NCBI GenBank assembly: GCA_040216735.1
Contig: JAVJOO010000003.1
Coordinates: forward strand, 76,746 to 140,745
DNA length: 64,000 bases
Reading direction: 5' to 3'
From: Alphaproteobacteria bacterium
GTDB taxonomy: Bacteria; Pseudomonadota; Alphaproteobacteria; SHVP01
The translations under genes were made by a program, and so were the position numbers. A model generated the notes under the pieces. That model had not been told where the DNA came from, ran no database searches, and worked only from the letters and a program-made list of their open reading frames with translations. Shown in pieces: positions 1 through 9,640 of this stretch; positions within the stretch are counted from its first letter, which is position 1, and each line of letters opens with the position of its first letter.

Positions 1-1150
1 GCGGGGGGAGTTCTGCGTGTTCAGGGTGAATCGGGGCAACGTGATCGTCGAAGCCGACAGCGCCCAGTCCGCTATAGACCACATCGAGGATACGCGATCT
101 GTCGAGGCAGGCCTGAACGGCCTGTCGAACCTTGACGTTGTCGAATGGCGCTTCGGTCACCTTCATGCGGGCAACGCCGGCCTGCGCGGTGACTGCCTGC
201 ATCACCTCGACATTCGGTAGGCTGCGCATGGTCGGGACTTGCTCGACACTGGTTTGATAATTGGTGTCGACCTGGCCCGAAGCGAAGGCGGCGATCTCCG
301 CCGCGGGATCGTCGCCGTTGTCGATGTAGGTGACCTGATCGAGGTAGACGTCGCCCGACCAGTGCTTGCCTGCGCGTTTCTTGAGCACAGCGACCTCGCC
401 GACGCCAAACCTATCCAAGGCGAAGGCGCCGGTGCCGATCGCGCTTTTCGACCAGTCGCCGCCGGCAAAGCTTCGGTGCGCGATCAAGGCCGGGTAATCA
501 GCCATCGATTCCGGCAGAGAGAGGTCGGGGCGGGCCAGGTGGAAGCGGACCGTGTGGTCGTCCACCCGCTCCAGTGCGCCAGACGCCATGCGGGTCGACA
601 TCATCGCTTTGCCGTCGTCGTCTTTCTTGCCCGTATCGACCGTTTCGGTCATCGAGCTGAAGCGGCCTTGGTTCGACGAACCAGTCGCGGGGTCGAGCCA
701 TCGTTCGAAATTGGCGATCACGTCGTCGGCGCCAAATGTGTCGCCGTTCGACCACTTCACGCCCTTGCGTAGGTTGAATGTCCAGGTCTTCAAATCGTCC
801 GACGCGGTCCAGCTTTCAGCAAGGTGTGGCCGGGCAACGTTGTTCTTATCGATTTGTACCAGCGGTTCGATGACGTGACGCGCGACGTCGCCTTTTTCAC
901 CCCAATCGAATATCGCGGGGTCGGATACTTCTTTCACATTCATCGAGACGCGAAGATTGCCGCCGAATTTCGGGTTTTCCTGCGCATGGGCGGGACGCGG
1001 GGTCGCGCCAGCCAATGCATAGGCCGCCGTCGCGGAAACGCCAAGAACCGCCGCGCTTTGTACGAATTCCCGGCGGCTGATCCCACCTTTCTGAGCTGAT
1101 CGACCAGTTCTGGAATGAGCGGATGGGTGGTCTTGTCGTCCTTCATGGCG
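1..1150 (-). CDS. ABC transporter substrate-binding protein, family 5 (Dpp/Opp/Nik-like), Tat-secreted; C-terminus lies beyond window start; start region shows a frame discontinuity
   Basis: Continuous reverse frame from position 1 reads ...[48 protein letters not shown]... (twin-arginine signal with AHA cleavage site, then SBP_bac_5-like sequence: [21 protein letters not shown]). The only ATG ([22 protein letters not shown]) sits in another frame just upstream. Confidence 0.75.
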
Positions 1151-1466
1151 TCGTGTCCTCCGGTGGCAATTGAGGTTGTTACAAGGGGATTCCCAAGGTT
1201 AGGAGTCATTTTTTCTATGTAAGTATTTAGTATCCAAAAGTATTCGATCGTTAGTCCTTTGGGTCTCTAAATAAAAAAATGACAGCACCAGCCGTTACTT
1301 AAAATATTAAGTCGACGTCTGGATTACAGTTGATCTAACGGGGATTATTCCGATGACTCGACGATGAGTCAAATCAGCACGAAAATCGTTTGGTGATTTT
1401 GCCGCGGTCGAATGGTGATTTTGAATGGCCGTGGCCTCGGCCCGCGGTCATCGGCGGCGGGCGACT

Positions 1467-3731
1467 CTACTTCGACGTCGCCACGAATACGCCGTCCCAG
1501 TCTTCCCCTGGTGGCGCGGCGCGATATGCCGCAATCCGCTCTTCGTAGAGGTCATAAAGTTCATCCAGGCCGCCTAACCCATGGGCTTCGCCATTCGTGC
1601 GTCGGGCGAGGTCGCGGCAGGTTGCGATTTGTTGCATCGCGCGGTCCCATTGCTGACCGCGATAGGCCGCGATCATGGCGTCGTGCTCGCGTTCGAGATG
1701 TTGAAACGGTTCGGTCGCTTTCTCGGCCGAGTCGCCGCGTAGGCCGTAGATCAGCACCGGCTCGGTTTTGCCCTTGACCGCGATCAGGTCGAGTTCGATC
1801 GACGCGTATTCGGGGGCCGCTTTGCGTGTTTCGACACCGATCACCACGCCCACGCCGTAGTTCTTCGATTGACCTTCGAGGCGTGCCGCCAAGTTCACCG
1901 CATCGCCCAACACCGAATAGTCGAAGCGTTTGTCAGACCCCATGTTGCCGACGCAGCATTCGCCGGTGTTCAAGCCGATGCCGATATTGATGGGGTAGTG
2001 CGGCCGGGACTCGCTCTCGGCTTCCTGTTTCAGTTTGTCGTTGAGCCCATGAAGCGCATTGAACATTGCCAGAGCGGAGTCGCACCCATGCGCCGCGTGT
2101 GCCGAATCGTCCAGTGGGGCGTTCCAGAACGCCATGATGCAATCGCCCATGTACTTGTCGATCGTTCCCCGGCGGTCGAGGATCATGTCGGTCATCGGCG
2201 TGAGAAATCGGTTGATAAGCTTGGTCAATCCGGTCGGATTGGTCTTGAACTGCTCCGAGATCGTCGTGAATCCACGGATGTCGCAAAACAGCAACGTCAT
2301 GTCGCGCATTTCACCGCCTAGAACGAGTCGTTCCGGTTGTTCGGCGAGTTGCTCGACCAGCGCCGGCGAAAGGTATTGGCTGAACGCGCCGCGTACTTGC
2401 CGTTTCTCCGCCTCGGTCTTGAGGAAGTTGAGAAGCGTACTCGACATGTAGACAAGGACGACGACCGACGACGCATAGATCGGGTCCAAGAGCCACAGTT
2501 CTTCGCGATACAGGTACCACGAAGCCGCCACGGCAACCCCAATCCCCAGGGCGCCCACGATCGCACTCCACAGCGCGCCAAGGCGGGGCAAGATCACAAC
2601 CAGGAGCAGGCCGAGCAAGATCATATAGAAGTACTCGCCACCCTCCGCCCAGTCCGGGCGTTGCAGATAGTGCCCAAGGAGCATTTGTTCGACCGCTTGG
2701 ACGTGGACCTCGACGCCGGGCGCCGCAGCGGTGAGCGGTGTGGCCCGGATGTCGAAGAGGCCGGCGGCCGATGTGCCGATGAACACGATCTGTCCTTCGA
2801 CGCTCGCCGGATCGAAGTCGGCACTAAAAACCTTCCACGCCGGAATACGACGTTCGGGCACTTGCTTGGTGAAGTGCACCCACATGCGGCCCTGCGGTCC
2901 TGTGGGGACCTCGATCCGTCCGATTTTGACCGCCGTGAGGCCGAGTTTCACGCCGCCATAGCCGACTTCGCCGCTTGCCCCGGCAGACTTGATAATGTAG
3001 CCGGGTGCACCTTGCACGACGCGGATGACCTCGGCGCTGAGCGACGGATAGGGCCTGTCCTGCCCCTCGAGCCGCAGGAACAGCGGGACCCGGCGAACGA
3101 TCCCGTCGCGCTCTGCAATCAGGTTGAAACTGCCGTTACCCGTCGCATTCTCGGACAGCGCGTCGAGGGTCGCCACCGCGCCGCGGAAACCGAACAGGTG
3201 ATTGAGCGGATTGTCGCCGCCGTAAGAGACCGAGCCTTTGTGGACCGGAGCGCGCGGCAGGCTAGGGTCGCCGGTCAAGACGAAGCCGGTGATGACCGGG
3301 GTCTGCGCAATTACGTCAGCCAGGATCGCATCGTGGTCGGGTAGCGAGTCGATATTTGCCTTGAGGGCTTCGACCTCGCGAGTCAGGGGCCATAGGTCGA
3401 TGATGTATTGCGGCGAGGTTCGATCCGGTTCGGCGAATACGATATCGAAAGCAATAGCGGCCGCCCCTGCATTGGCGAGTTGCGCAACGAGTTGCGCGAC
3501 GAAGGTCCGCGGCCACGGCCACTGCCCGATTCGTTCCAGCGACTCGTCGTCAAGGTCGACATACTTGACGGGGACGGGCACATACTCCCGCGGCGCGAGC
3601 CGCTGGTAAACGTCGAAGACACGCATCCGAAGTTCCTCGACTTGCGGCACGGCGGCGCGAACGACGACCGCTGCTAAGATCATCGCAAGCGGGATCAGGA
3701 TGTGGTGCGCGCGCCGGAGACGTCTCAGCAT
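1467..3731 (-). CDS. CHASE2 sensor domain-containing class III adenylate/guanylate cyclase
   Basis: N-terminal TM segment then CHASE2-like periplasmic region (LRMRVFDVYQRL...), multi-TM block, and a cyclase domain with LLFCDIRGFTTISE, YMGDCIMAFWNAP, GIGLNTGECCVGNMGS, DYSVLGDAVNLAARLEG. The track starts at TTG 3764; internal ATG 3731 (MLRRLRRAHH...) is preferred. Confidence 0.85.
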   Translation of the reverse strand: MLRRLRRAHHILIPLAMILAAVVVRAAVPQVEELRMRVFDVYQRLAPREYVPVPVKYVDLDDESLERIGQWPWPRTFVAQLVAQLANAGAAAIAFDIVFAEPDRTSPQYIIDLWPLTREVEALKANIDSLPDHDAILADVIAQTPVITGFVLTGDPSLPRAPVHKGSVSYGGDNPLNHLFGFRGAVATLDALSENATGNGSFNLIAERDGIVRRVPLFLRLEGQDRPYPSLSAEVIRVVQGAPGYIIKSAGASGEVGYGGVKLGLTAVKIGRIEVPTGPQGRMWVHFTKQVPERRIPAWKVFSADFDPASVEGQIVFIGTSAAGLFDIRATPLTAAAPGVEVHVQAVEQMLLGHYLQRPDWAEGGEYFYMILLGLLLVVILPRLGALWSAIVGALGIGVAVAASWYLYREELWLLDPIYASSVVVLVYMSSTLLNFLKTEAEKRQVRGAFSQYLSPALVEQLAEQPERLVLGGEMRDMTLLFCDIRGFTTISEQFKTNPTGLTKLINRFLTPMTDMILDRRGTIDKYMGDCIMAFWNAPLDDSAHAAHGCDSALAMFNALHGLNDKLKQEAESESRPHYPINIGIGLNTGECCVGNMGSDKRFDYSVLGDAVNLAARLEGQSKNYGVGVVIGVETRKAAPEYASIELDLIAVKGKTEPVLIYGLRGDSAEKATEPFQHLEREHDAMIAAYRGQQWDRAMQQIATCRDLARRTNGEAHGLGGLDELYDLYEERIAAYRAAPPGEDWDGVFVATSK

Positions 3732-3789
3732 AGGGCCATGGGGTCCGTCGTGTTGTTTCGGCAAGCCTACGCGCTATGCGGCGCGCGCT

Positions 3790-5019
3790 CTAGGCATCGA
3801 CGAATTCGCGCCAGATTTTATCTAGCCCTTGGTGATTGCGCACAAAGATGTCGATAAGGCCGGGGTCGAAATGGCCCGCCGGATCAAGCCGCTTGTCGCC
3901 GTTAACGATCACTTCGACCGCGCGGTCGTGGGAGTAGGCGGGCTTGTAGGAGCGTTTGGCACGCAACGCATCGTAGGTGTCGGCCAGCGCGACGATCCGC
4001 GCTGAAATCGGAATCTCTTCGCCCTTCACCCCATGCGGGTATCCCGAACCGTCCCACTTTTCGTGATGGAAGAGGGCGATCTCTGCGGCCAGCTTCAATC
4101 GGTGAGAATGCGAGAGGATCTGGAAACCGAAGATCGGATGCTGATCCATCTGGCTACGTTCCTCGGGCGTCAGTTCGCCGCCTTTATTGAGGATTCCTTG
4201 GTCGACGCTGAGTTTGCCGACGTCGTGAAGCTGGGCGGAGTATCGTATCTCGTCGCAAAATTCCTTGGCCATCCCCAAGCGCTGCGCCAGGAAGTAGGCG
4301 TATTCATTGACACGGACAATATGATTGCCAGTACCCTCATCGTGGATTTCGGCGGCGCGGGCCAGCAAACTGATCGAAAGCTTGAAAGCGTCCTCGGTTT
4401 CGGCCTGAAGCTGGCCGATCCGTTCACGCTGCCGCGCGAGCGTCCGGTTGCGCTGGCGTAGTTTGGCGTTTTTTTCTTCGATCTGTTCAAGATTGTCGGT
4501 GCGTTCAACATAGCCGGAGATCACTGCAGCAACTTCCATCAGTCCTGCAATGGCTTCGTCCGAAAAAGCTTCTTCGTTGGGTTTCGCGTCGCGTTGCATC
4601 GTCAATTCGATAACGGCGACGACGCGGCCTTGGAAGGTCTTGATCGGGAAGCACGCCAACGGCCCGACATCGAACCCCGGCGCTTCAAGGGCAGGGTTGA
4701 AGCTGTAGGGGCGGGCTAGCGGTACCTTGCCGACGTCGCCCAATCGGACTACATCGCCCGAACCGGCAACGTAGCCCGCGATCGTCGCAGCATTGAGCGG
4801 GATGAGGTCGTTCTGCGTTGCGCGCAACGCGGCGAGCGCATTTTGCCGCGCGATCGGTGCTAGGACCCGTTCGCGACCGCGCCGGCGCACAATGTAGGCG
4901 GTGCCTGCGTCGGCACCCGTCATTTCTCGGCATTTGCCGAGAAAGCGGTCGAGAAGCTGGCTCACGTTGCGGGGCGCGTCCTGTTCGACGTGCGCTAGTA
5001 GTTCAAGAACAAGACTCAT
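3790..5019 (-). CDS. GAF domain-containing HD-GYP phosphodiesterase (cyclic dinucleotide hydrolase family)
   Basis: N-terminal GAF-like region, coiled-coil linker, and an HD-GYP domain with HDVGK and HHEKWDGSGYP motifs. The track ORF begins at TTG 5085 with an R-rich leader; ATG 5019 (MSLVLELLAHVEQ) is preferred. There is a 58-bp gap to the downstream cyclase gene, same strand. Confidence 0.85.
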   Translation of the reverse strand: MSLVLELLAHVEQDAPRNVSQLLDRFLGKCREMTGADAGTAYIVRRRGRERVLAPIARQNALAALRATQNDLIPLNAATIAGYVAGSGDVVRLGDVGKVPLARPYSFNPALEAPGFDVGPLACFPIKTFQGRVVAVIELTMQRDAKPNEEAFSDEAIAGLMEVAAVISGYVERTDNLEQIEEKNAKLRQRNRTLARQRERIGQLQAETEDAFKLSISLLARAAEIHDEGTGNHIVRVNEYAYFLAQRLGMAKEFCDEIRYSAQLHDVGKLSVDQGILNKGGELTPEERSQMDQHPIFGFQILSHSHRLKLAAEIALFHHEKWDGSGYPHGVKGEEIPISARIVALADTYDALRAKRSYKPAYSHDRAVEVIVNGDKRLDPAGHFDPGLIDIFVRNHQGLDKIWREFVDA

Positions 5020-5467
5020 GACTTCGGAGCGGTTGGTTCGGTTGTCATATCGGTCACAATACGCGCGACTATTGGACCTTCGCAATTGGGCCCACGGCGT
5101 CCGCCCGCGGCACTACACGTTTGTTCGTGCCAGTATGGCGAGGCGAAGTTTCGTTCACGTTAATGCCGCGCCTCGACGATGCGCAGAGCAATAATTTCCG
5201 TTCACGCGAGGTACCGCGCACCTGCCATTTGCTATGCCACGCGGCCCAGGATCGCATGTGTCGCACAAAAGAAACTCGGCGAAAAAGTAGCCGACTTGGC
5301 TCCATGAACTTGTTGACGCTAGGTCAAGGTCGCTGCCGTATTTTCGGTCTTGCGCTTGGTGACCCGACGCGATGTCGTTAAGGTTAATCCAAGTCGATAG
5401 GAAGAAATGGTCCGGTCGTTTCGCGGTCGGCCTGCCTATCGATACGAAACATCAAGGGAGATGAGAC

Positions 5468-6496
5468 ATGAAACCAATAAAGTTCCTAGCCGCCGCGGCG
5501 TTGGCGGTCGGCACGATCGGTGCCTCCGCAACGGTCAGTCAAGCGGGGACGCTTGACGACGTGAAGGCCGCAGGCGTTCTCAAATGCGGGATCAACACAG
5601 GACTGCCGGGCTTTGCATACACCGATGATGCCGGTAACTGGACCGGTTTTGACGCCGCATTCTGCCGCGCGGTTGCAGCCGCGGTTTTCGGCGACGGCAA
5701 CAAGGTTCAGTTCGTCAACCTGACCGGTGCCAACCGCTTCCCGGCCTTGGCTTCGGGAGAAATTGATCTCCTGTCGCGTAACACGACGTGGACCTTTTCG
5801 CGCGACGTGGATCTCGGCTTCACCTTTGTGGGCGTCAATTACTACGACGGCCAAGGCTTTATCGGCCGCAAGTCGCTTGGCGTAAAAAGCGCCAAGGAAC
5901 TGGATGGCGCCTCGGTTTGTATCCAAACCGGCACGACGACCGAGTTGAACCTTGCGGACTTCTTCCGGGTCAACAACATCAAGTTTGAGCCGGTGCCGAT
6001 CGAAACCAACGAAGAAGCCCGTGTCGCCTACCTTGCCGACCGTTGCGACGTTTACACGACCGACGCGTCGGGCCTCGCGGCGACCAAGACCACGTTCGAA
6101 GACGCCAATGCCCATATGGTCTTCCCGGAGATCATTTCGAAAGAGCCGCTCGGGCCACTCGTCCGGCAGGGCGACGATCAATGGGCTGACGTGGCGCGCT
6201 GGACCCTGAACGTCTTGGTCAATGCCGAAGAGTACGGCGTGACCCAGGCCAACGTCGCGCAGATGGCGGCGGGGAGCGACAACCCGGAGATCAACCGGAT
6301 GCTGGGTTCCGAAGGCTCACTGGGCGAAATGCTTGGTTTGCAAAAGGACTGGGCGGCGAATGTGATCAAAGCTGTCGGCAACTACGGGGAAATCTTCGAT
6401 CGGTTCCTCGGTCCGAACACGGCCCTCGGGTTGGAGCGTGGTCAAAACGCGCTCTACACCAAGGGTGGCCTCCTCTACGCGCCACCGATGCGCTAA
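5468..6496 (+). CDS. aapJ: general L-amino acid ABC transporter substrate-binding protein
   Basis: Signal peptide then a polar amino-acid-binding fold; matches the AapJ/BztA family (GVLKCGINTGLPGFAY, LSRNTTWTF, GGLLYAPPMR). RBS AAGGGAGATGAGACATG. Confidence 0.9.
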   Translation: MKPIKFLAAAALAVGTIGASATVSQAGTLDDVKAAGVLKCGINTGLPGFAYTDDAGNWTGFDAAFCRAVAAAVFGDGNKVQFVNLTGANRFPALASGEIDLLSRNTTWTFSRDVDLGFTFVGVNYYDGQGFIGRKSLGVKSAKELDGASVCIQTGTTTELNLADFFRVNNIKFEPVPIETNEEARVAYLADRCDVYTTDASGLAATKTTFEDANAHMVFPEIISKEPLGPLVRQGDDQWADVARWTLNVLVNAEEYGVTQANVAQMAAGSDNPEINRMLGSEGSLGEMLGLQKDWAANVIKAVGNYGEIFDRFLGPNTALGLERGQNALYTKGGLLYAPPMR

Positions 6497-6502
6497 GAGT
6501 GG

Positions 6503-6537
6503 CTTGCGCGTCGTCCGCTCAGCGGGCGACGCGCAAC
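6503..6537 (+). promoter_or_regulatory. intercistronic stem-loop between aapJ and aapQ (possible partial terminator or mRNA stabiliser)
   Basis: ttgcgcgtcgtccgc-tcag-gcgggcgacgcgcaa: 15-bp stem with 1 mismatch and a 4-nt loop, directly after the aapJ stop. Confidence 0.4.
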
Positions 6538-6572
6538 CTTCACTATGATCTTCCCAACCGCCGTCGTAACCG

Positions 6573-7754
6573 ATGACTGACGTCACCCGGGATACCGGCC
6601 TTAAGGTCGGCCGCCTGTGGAGCGACGAACGCGCCCGAAGCGCGCTTTTCCAGATCCTGGTCGTATTGGGCCTCGCCCTGTTGGTGGCGTTCATCGTCGC
6701 CAACACGATGGCCAACCTCCAAGCCCGGGGTCTTGAGCCCGGATATGGTTTCCTCGGCGACCCAGCATTCTTCGAGATCAATCAAAAGCTGATCGACTAC
6801 GCATCGACCTCGACGTTCGGTCGGGCGATGGTTGTCGGCCTCCTCAATACGATCCTTGTCGCCGCCCTTGGGATTGTGACGGCGACGGTGATCGGGTTCG
6901 TCGCAGGCGTTCTGCGGTTGTCGAACAATTGGCTGATCGTGCGCTTGATCAGCGTCTACGTCGAGTTCACCCGCAACGTGCCGGTTCTACTGCAGATCGT
7001 GTTTTGGTGGTCGATTCTGACGGGCCTGCCAAAGGTTGCCGATAGTCTGTCGATCGGCGGTGCACTCTTTCTCAACAACCGAGGGGTGCGGATGCCCGCG
7101 CCGATCCTCGAAAGCGGATTCGGCTGGGTTGTCGTATTTTTCCTGTTGGGCATCGTCGCGGCGGTGGTTATCGGGCGCTGGGCCTACCGACGCCAAATGG
7201 CGACAGGCCAAACGTTTCCAACCTTTTGGGTTGGCCTTGGCCTAGCGGTTGTGCCTGCGCTGTTGATATATGTCCTGCTAGGCCAGCCGTTGTCGTGGGA
7301 TGTCCCGGAGCAAACCCGGTTCAACTTTCGCGGCGGCTTCAATGTGACGCCCGAGCTCGTCGCCCTTTGGTGGGCGCTTGCTACCTATACCGGTGCGTTT
7401 ATCTCGGAGATCGTACGCGCCGGTATCCTATCGGTCAGTAAGGGGCAAACCGAAGCGGCGCACGCCTTGGGTCTGCGACCCGGCTTGACGATGCGCAAGA
7501 TCATCATTCCGCAAGCGCTACGCGTCATTATCCCGCCCTTGACCAGCCAGTATCTCAATCTCACCAAGAATTCGTCGCTGGCGATTGCGATCGGCTACCA
7601 GGACTTCGTGTCGATCGGGAACACCGTTTTGAACCAAAGCGGCCAAGCGATCGAAGTCGTGAGCCTGTGGATGGTGGTTTACCTCAGCCTCAGCCTGGGG
7701 ACTTCCGCATTCATGAATTGGTACAACAAACACATCGCCTTGGTGGAACGATGA
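6573..7754 (+). CDS. aapQ: general L-amino acid ABC transporter permease
   Basis: Polytopic membrane protein of the AapQ/BztB type with long N-terminal extension and EAA-like loop (EAAHALGLRPGLTMRKIIIPQALRVIIPPL). Confidence 0.9.
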   Translation: MTDVTRDTGLKVGRLWSDERARSALFQILVVLGLALLVAFIVANTMANLQARGLEPGYGFLGDPAFFEINQKLIDYASTSTFGRAMVVGLLNTILVAALGIVTATVIGFVAGVLRLSNNWLIVRLISVYVEFTRNVPVLLQIVFWWSILTGLPKVADSLSIGGALFLNNRGVRMPAPILESGFGWVVVFFLLGIVAAVVIGRWAYRRQMATGQTFPTFWVGLGLAVVPALLIYVLLGQPLSWDVPEQTRFNFRGGFNVTPELVALWWALATYTGAFISEIVRAGILSVSKGQTEAAHALGLRPGLTMRKIIIPQALRVIIPPLTSQYLNLTKNSSLAIAIGYQDFVSIGNTVLNQSGQAIEVVSLWMVVYLSLSLGTSAFMNWYNKHIALVER

Positions 7755-8860
7755 CGGTGCCCTCCTTTTTTCGACAGCCAGACGACATGCTGCCAGAGCG
7801 CCCGCCGCCGGTCGCGATGTCGGGCGTTGTTGGTTGGTTGCGGAGCAACTTGTTCTCCGGGTGGGCGAGCACCATCCTGACGCTGGCCAGCCTTTATGCG
7901 CTTTGGCTGATCATTCCCGGTTTGTTGGACTGGGCGTATTTCGACGCCGATTTCGCCGGTACAGACAGATTCGCTTGCACCGGCACCGGGGCGTGTTGGG
8001 CGTGGTTCGATCAGCGGATCGATCAGTTCCTCTACGGCTTCTATCCGCCCGAACAGACCTGGCGCGTCAACCTGGCGCTTCTCCTCCTCGCACCCGCATT
8101 GGCGCCCATTCTGTTCGACAAGATGCCGGGCGCGAAGCGGCTCCGCTGGTTTTCGTTGGCCTATCCGTTCGTCGCCACGATCTTGCTGATCGGCGGATTC
8201 GGGCTGGAGCAAGTGCCCACGGCGAAATTCGGCGGCTTCATGCTGAATGTCACTGTCGGCCTCGCCGGAATCGTATTGTCGTTGCCGATCGGTATCGTTT
8301 TGGCCTTGGGCCGCCGCTCAAAAATGCCGATCGTGCGGATGCTGTCGGTGGCGTTCATCGAAGTTTTTCGCGGCGTTCCGCTGATCACGCTTCTTTTCGT
8401 GGCCGCGATCCTGCTCCCGATCTTTCTGCCGACCTCCTTCAGTCTGGATTTGGTCGTCCGGGTCATCATCGTCGTAACGGCCTTTGCGTCGGCCTATATG
8501 GCCGAAGTCATTCGCGGCGGTTTGCAGGCGATCCCCCGGGGCCAATACGAAGCGGCCCAGGCGCTTGGGCTTGGCTATTGGAAGATGATGGGGCTAATCG
8601 TTTTGCCCCAGGCACTTAAGATATCCATCCCTGGAATCGTCAACACATTCATCGGGTTGTTCAAAGATACGACGCTGGTGATCGTCATCGGTCTCTTCGA
8701 CGTGCTCAATATCGGACGCACCATGATCTCCAACCCCGATTGGTTGGGCTTGGCGGTCGAGATGCAGGTCTTCATTTCACTCTTCTTTTTCGTCGTATGT
8801 TTCTCCATGTCGCGGTACTCGGTCTATCTCGAGCAACGCCTCGACACGACCAAACGTTAG
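7751..8860 (+). CDS. aapM: general L-amino acid ABC transporter permease
   Basis: AapM/BztC-like permease (EAAQALGLGYWKMMGLIVLPQALKISIPGIVN). The ATG overlaps the aapQ stop (ATGA). The track's 7667 start lies inside aapQ. Confidence 0.9.
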   Translation: MTVPSFFRQPDDMLPERPPPVAMSGVVGWLRSNLFSGWASTILTLASLYALWLIIPGLLDWAYFDADFAGTDRFACTGTGACWAWFDQRIDQFLYGFYPPEQTWRVNLALLLLAPALAPILFDKMPGAKRLRWFSLAYPFVATILLIGGFGLEQVPTAKFGGFMLNVTVGLAGIVLSLPIGIVLALGRRSKMPIVRMLSVAFIEVFRGVPLITLLFVAAILLPIFLPTSFSLDLVVRVIIVVTAFASAYMAEVIRGGLQAIPRGQYEAAQALGLGYWKMMGLIVLPQALKISIPGIVNTFIGLFKDTTLVIVIGLFDVLNIGRTMISNPDWLGLAVEMQVFISLFFFVVCFSMSRYSVYLEQRLDTTKR

Positions 8861-8869
8861 AGGGCAACC

Positions 8870-9640
8870 ATGTCCACGGATCAAAGCCAGGCCACACAAG
8901 ACGCGCAGCCGATGATCGAGATCGTCGGCCTCAACAAGTGGTTCGGACCTTTCCATGTCCTGCGTGACATCAACCTCTCGGTTGCGCCGCAGGAACGGAT
9001 TGTCATCTGCGGCCCGTCGGGCTCGGGTAAGTCGACGCTCATTCGGTGCATCAATCGGTTGGAGGAGCATCAAGAGGGCACCATCAAGGTCGACGGCACC
9101 GAACTGACCCATGATCTCAAGAACATCGATGCGATTCGGCGCGAGGTCGGGATGGTCTTTCAGCAGTTCAACCTGTTTCCCCACTTGACGGTTCTGGAGA
9201 ACTGCACGCTGGGGCCGATCTGGGTCCGCAAGACGCCCAAGCGGGAGGCCGAGAAGGTCGCGATGGAGTTGCTTGAAAGGGTCAAAATCCCGGAGCAGGC
9301 CGACAAATACCCTGGCCAGTTGTCGGGCGGACAGCAGCAACGCGTCGCGATCGCCCGTAGTCTGTGTATGCGTCCCAATATCATGCTGTTCGACGAACCG
9401 ACATCGGCGCTGGACCCGGAGATGATCAAGGAAGTCCTCGACGTCATGGTCGACCTCGCGCAGACCGGCATGACGATGTTGGTTGTTACCCACGAAATGG
9501 GATTCGCCGCCCAGGTCGCCGACCGCGTGATCTTCATGGACGCCGGTCAAATCGTCGAGCAGAACACGCCCGACGAATTCTTCAACAACCCGCAATCCGA
9601 CCGTACCAAACTGTTCCTGAGTCAGATTCTAAGCCACTGA
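8870..9640 (+). CDS. aapP: polar amino acid ABC transporter ATP-binding protein
   Basis: Walker [11 protein letters not shown]-loop, signature [13 protein letters not shown], Walker [13 protein letters not shown]-loop VTHEMGFA. Confidence 0.9.
   Translation: MSTDQSQATQDAQPMIEIVGLNKWFGPFHVLRDINLSVAPQERIVICGPSGSGKSTLIRCINRLEEHQEGTIKVDGTELTHDLKNIDAIRREVGMVFQQFNLFPHLTVLENCTLGPIWVRKTPKREAEKVAMELLERVKIPEQADKYPGQLSGGQQQRVAIARSLCMRPNIMLFDEPTSALDPEMIKEVLDVMVDLAQTGMTMLVVTHEMGFAAQVADRVIFMDAGQIVEQNTPDEFFNNPQSDRTKLFLSQILSH

Noticed and set aside
2337-3344. Long Arg-rich plus-strand ORF (335 aa) overlapping the cyclase gene
   Set aside because: Antisense frame of a well-supported gene; low-complexity R/D/E-rich translation typical of high-GC spurious ORFs. 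Same verdict for 60594..61895 (antisense to the MCP), 17388..18428, 38621..39331 (upstream part), 53775..54689 and many others in the track.
5086-5467. Sigma-54 (-24/-12) promoter upstream of aapJ
   Set aside because: Scanned for TGGCAC-N5-TTGCW; nearest candidate (cGGCACtacacgTTTGt) lacks the GC of the -12 element. Only a direct repeat (ttcgttcacg / tccgttcacg) and a gtttcg...cgaaac inverted repeat were noted, of unclear significance.
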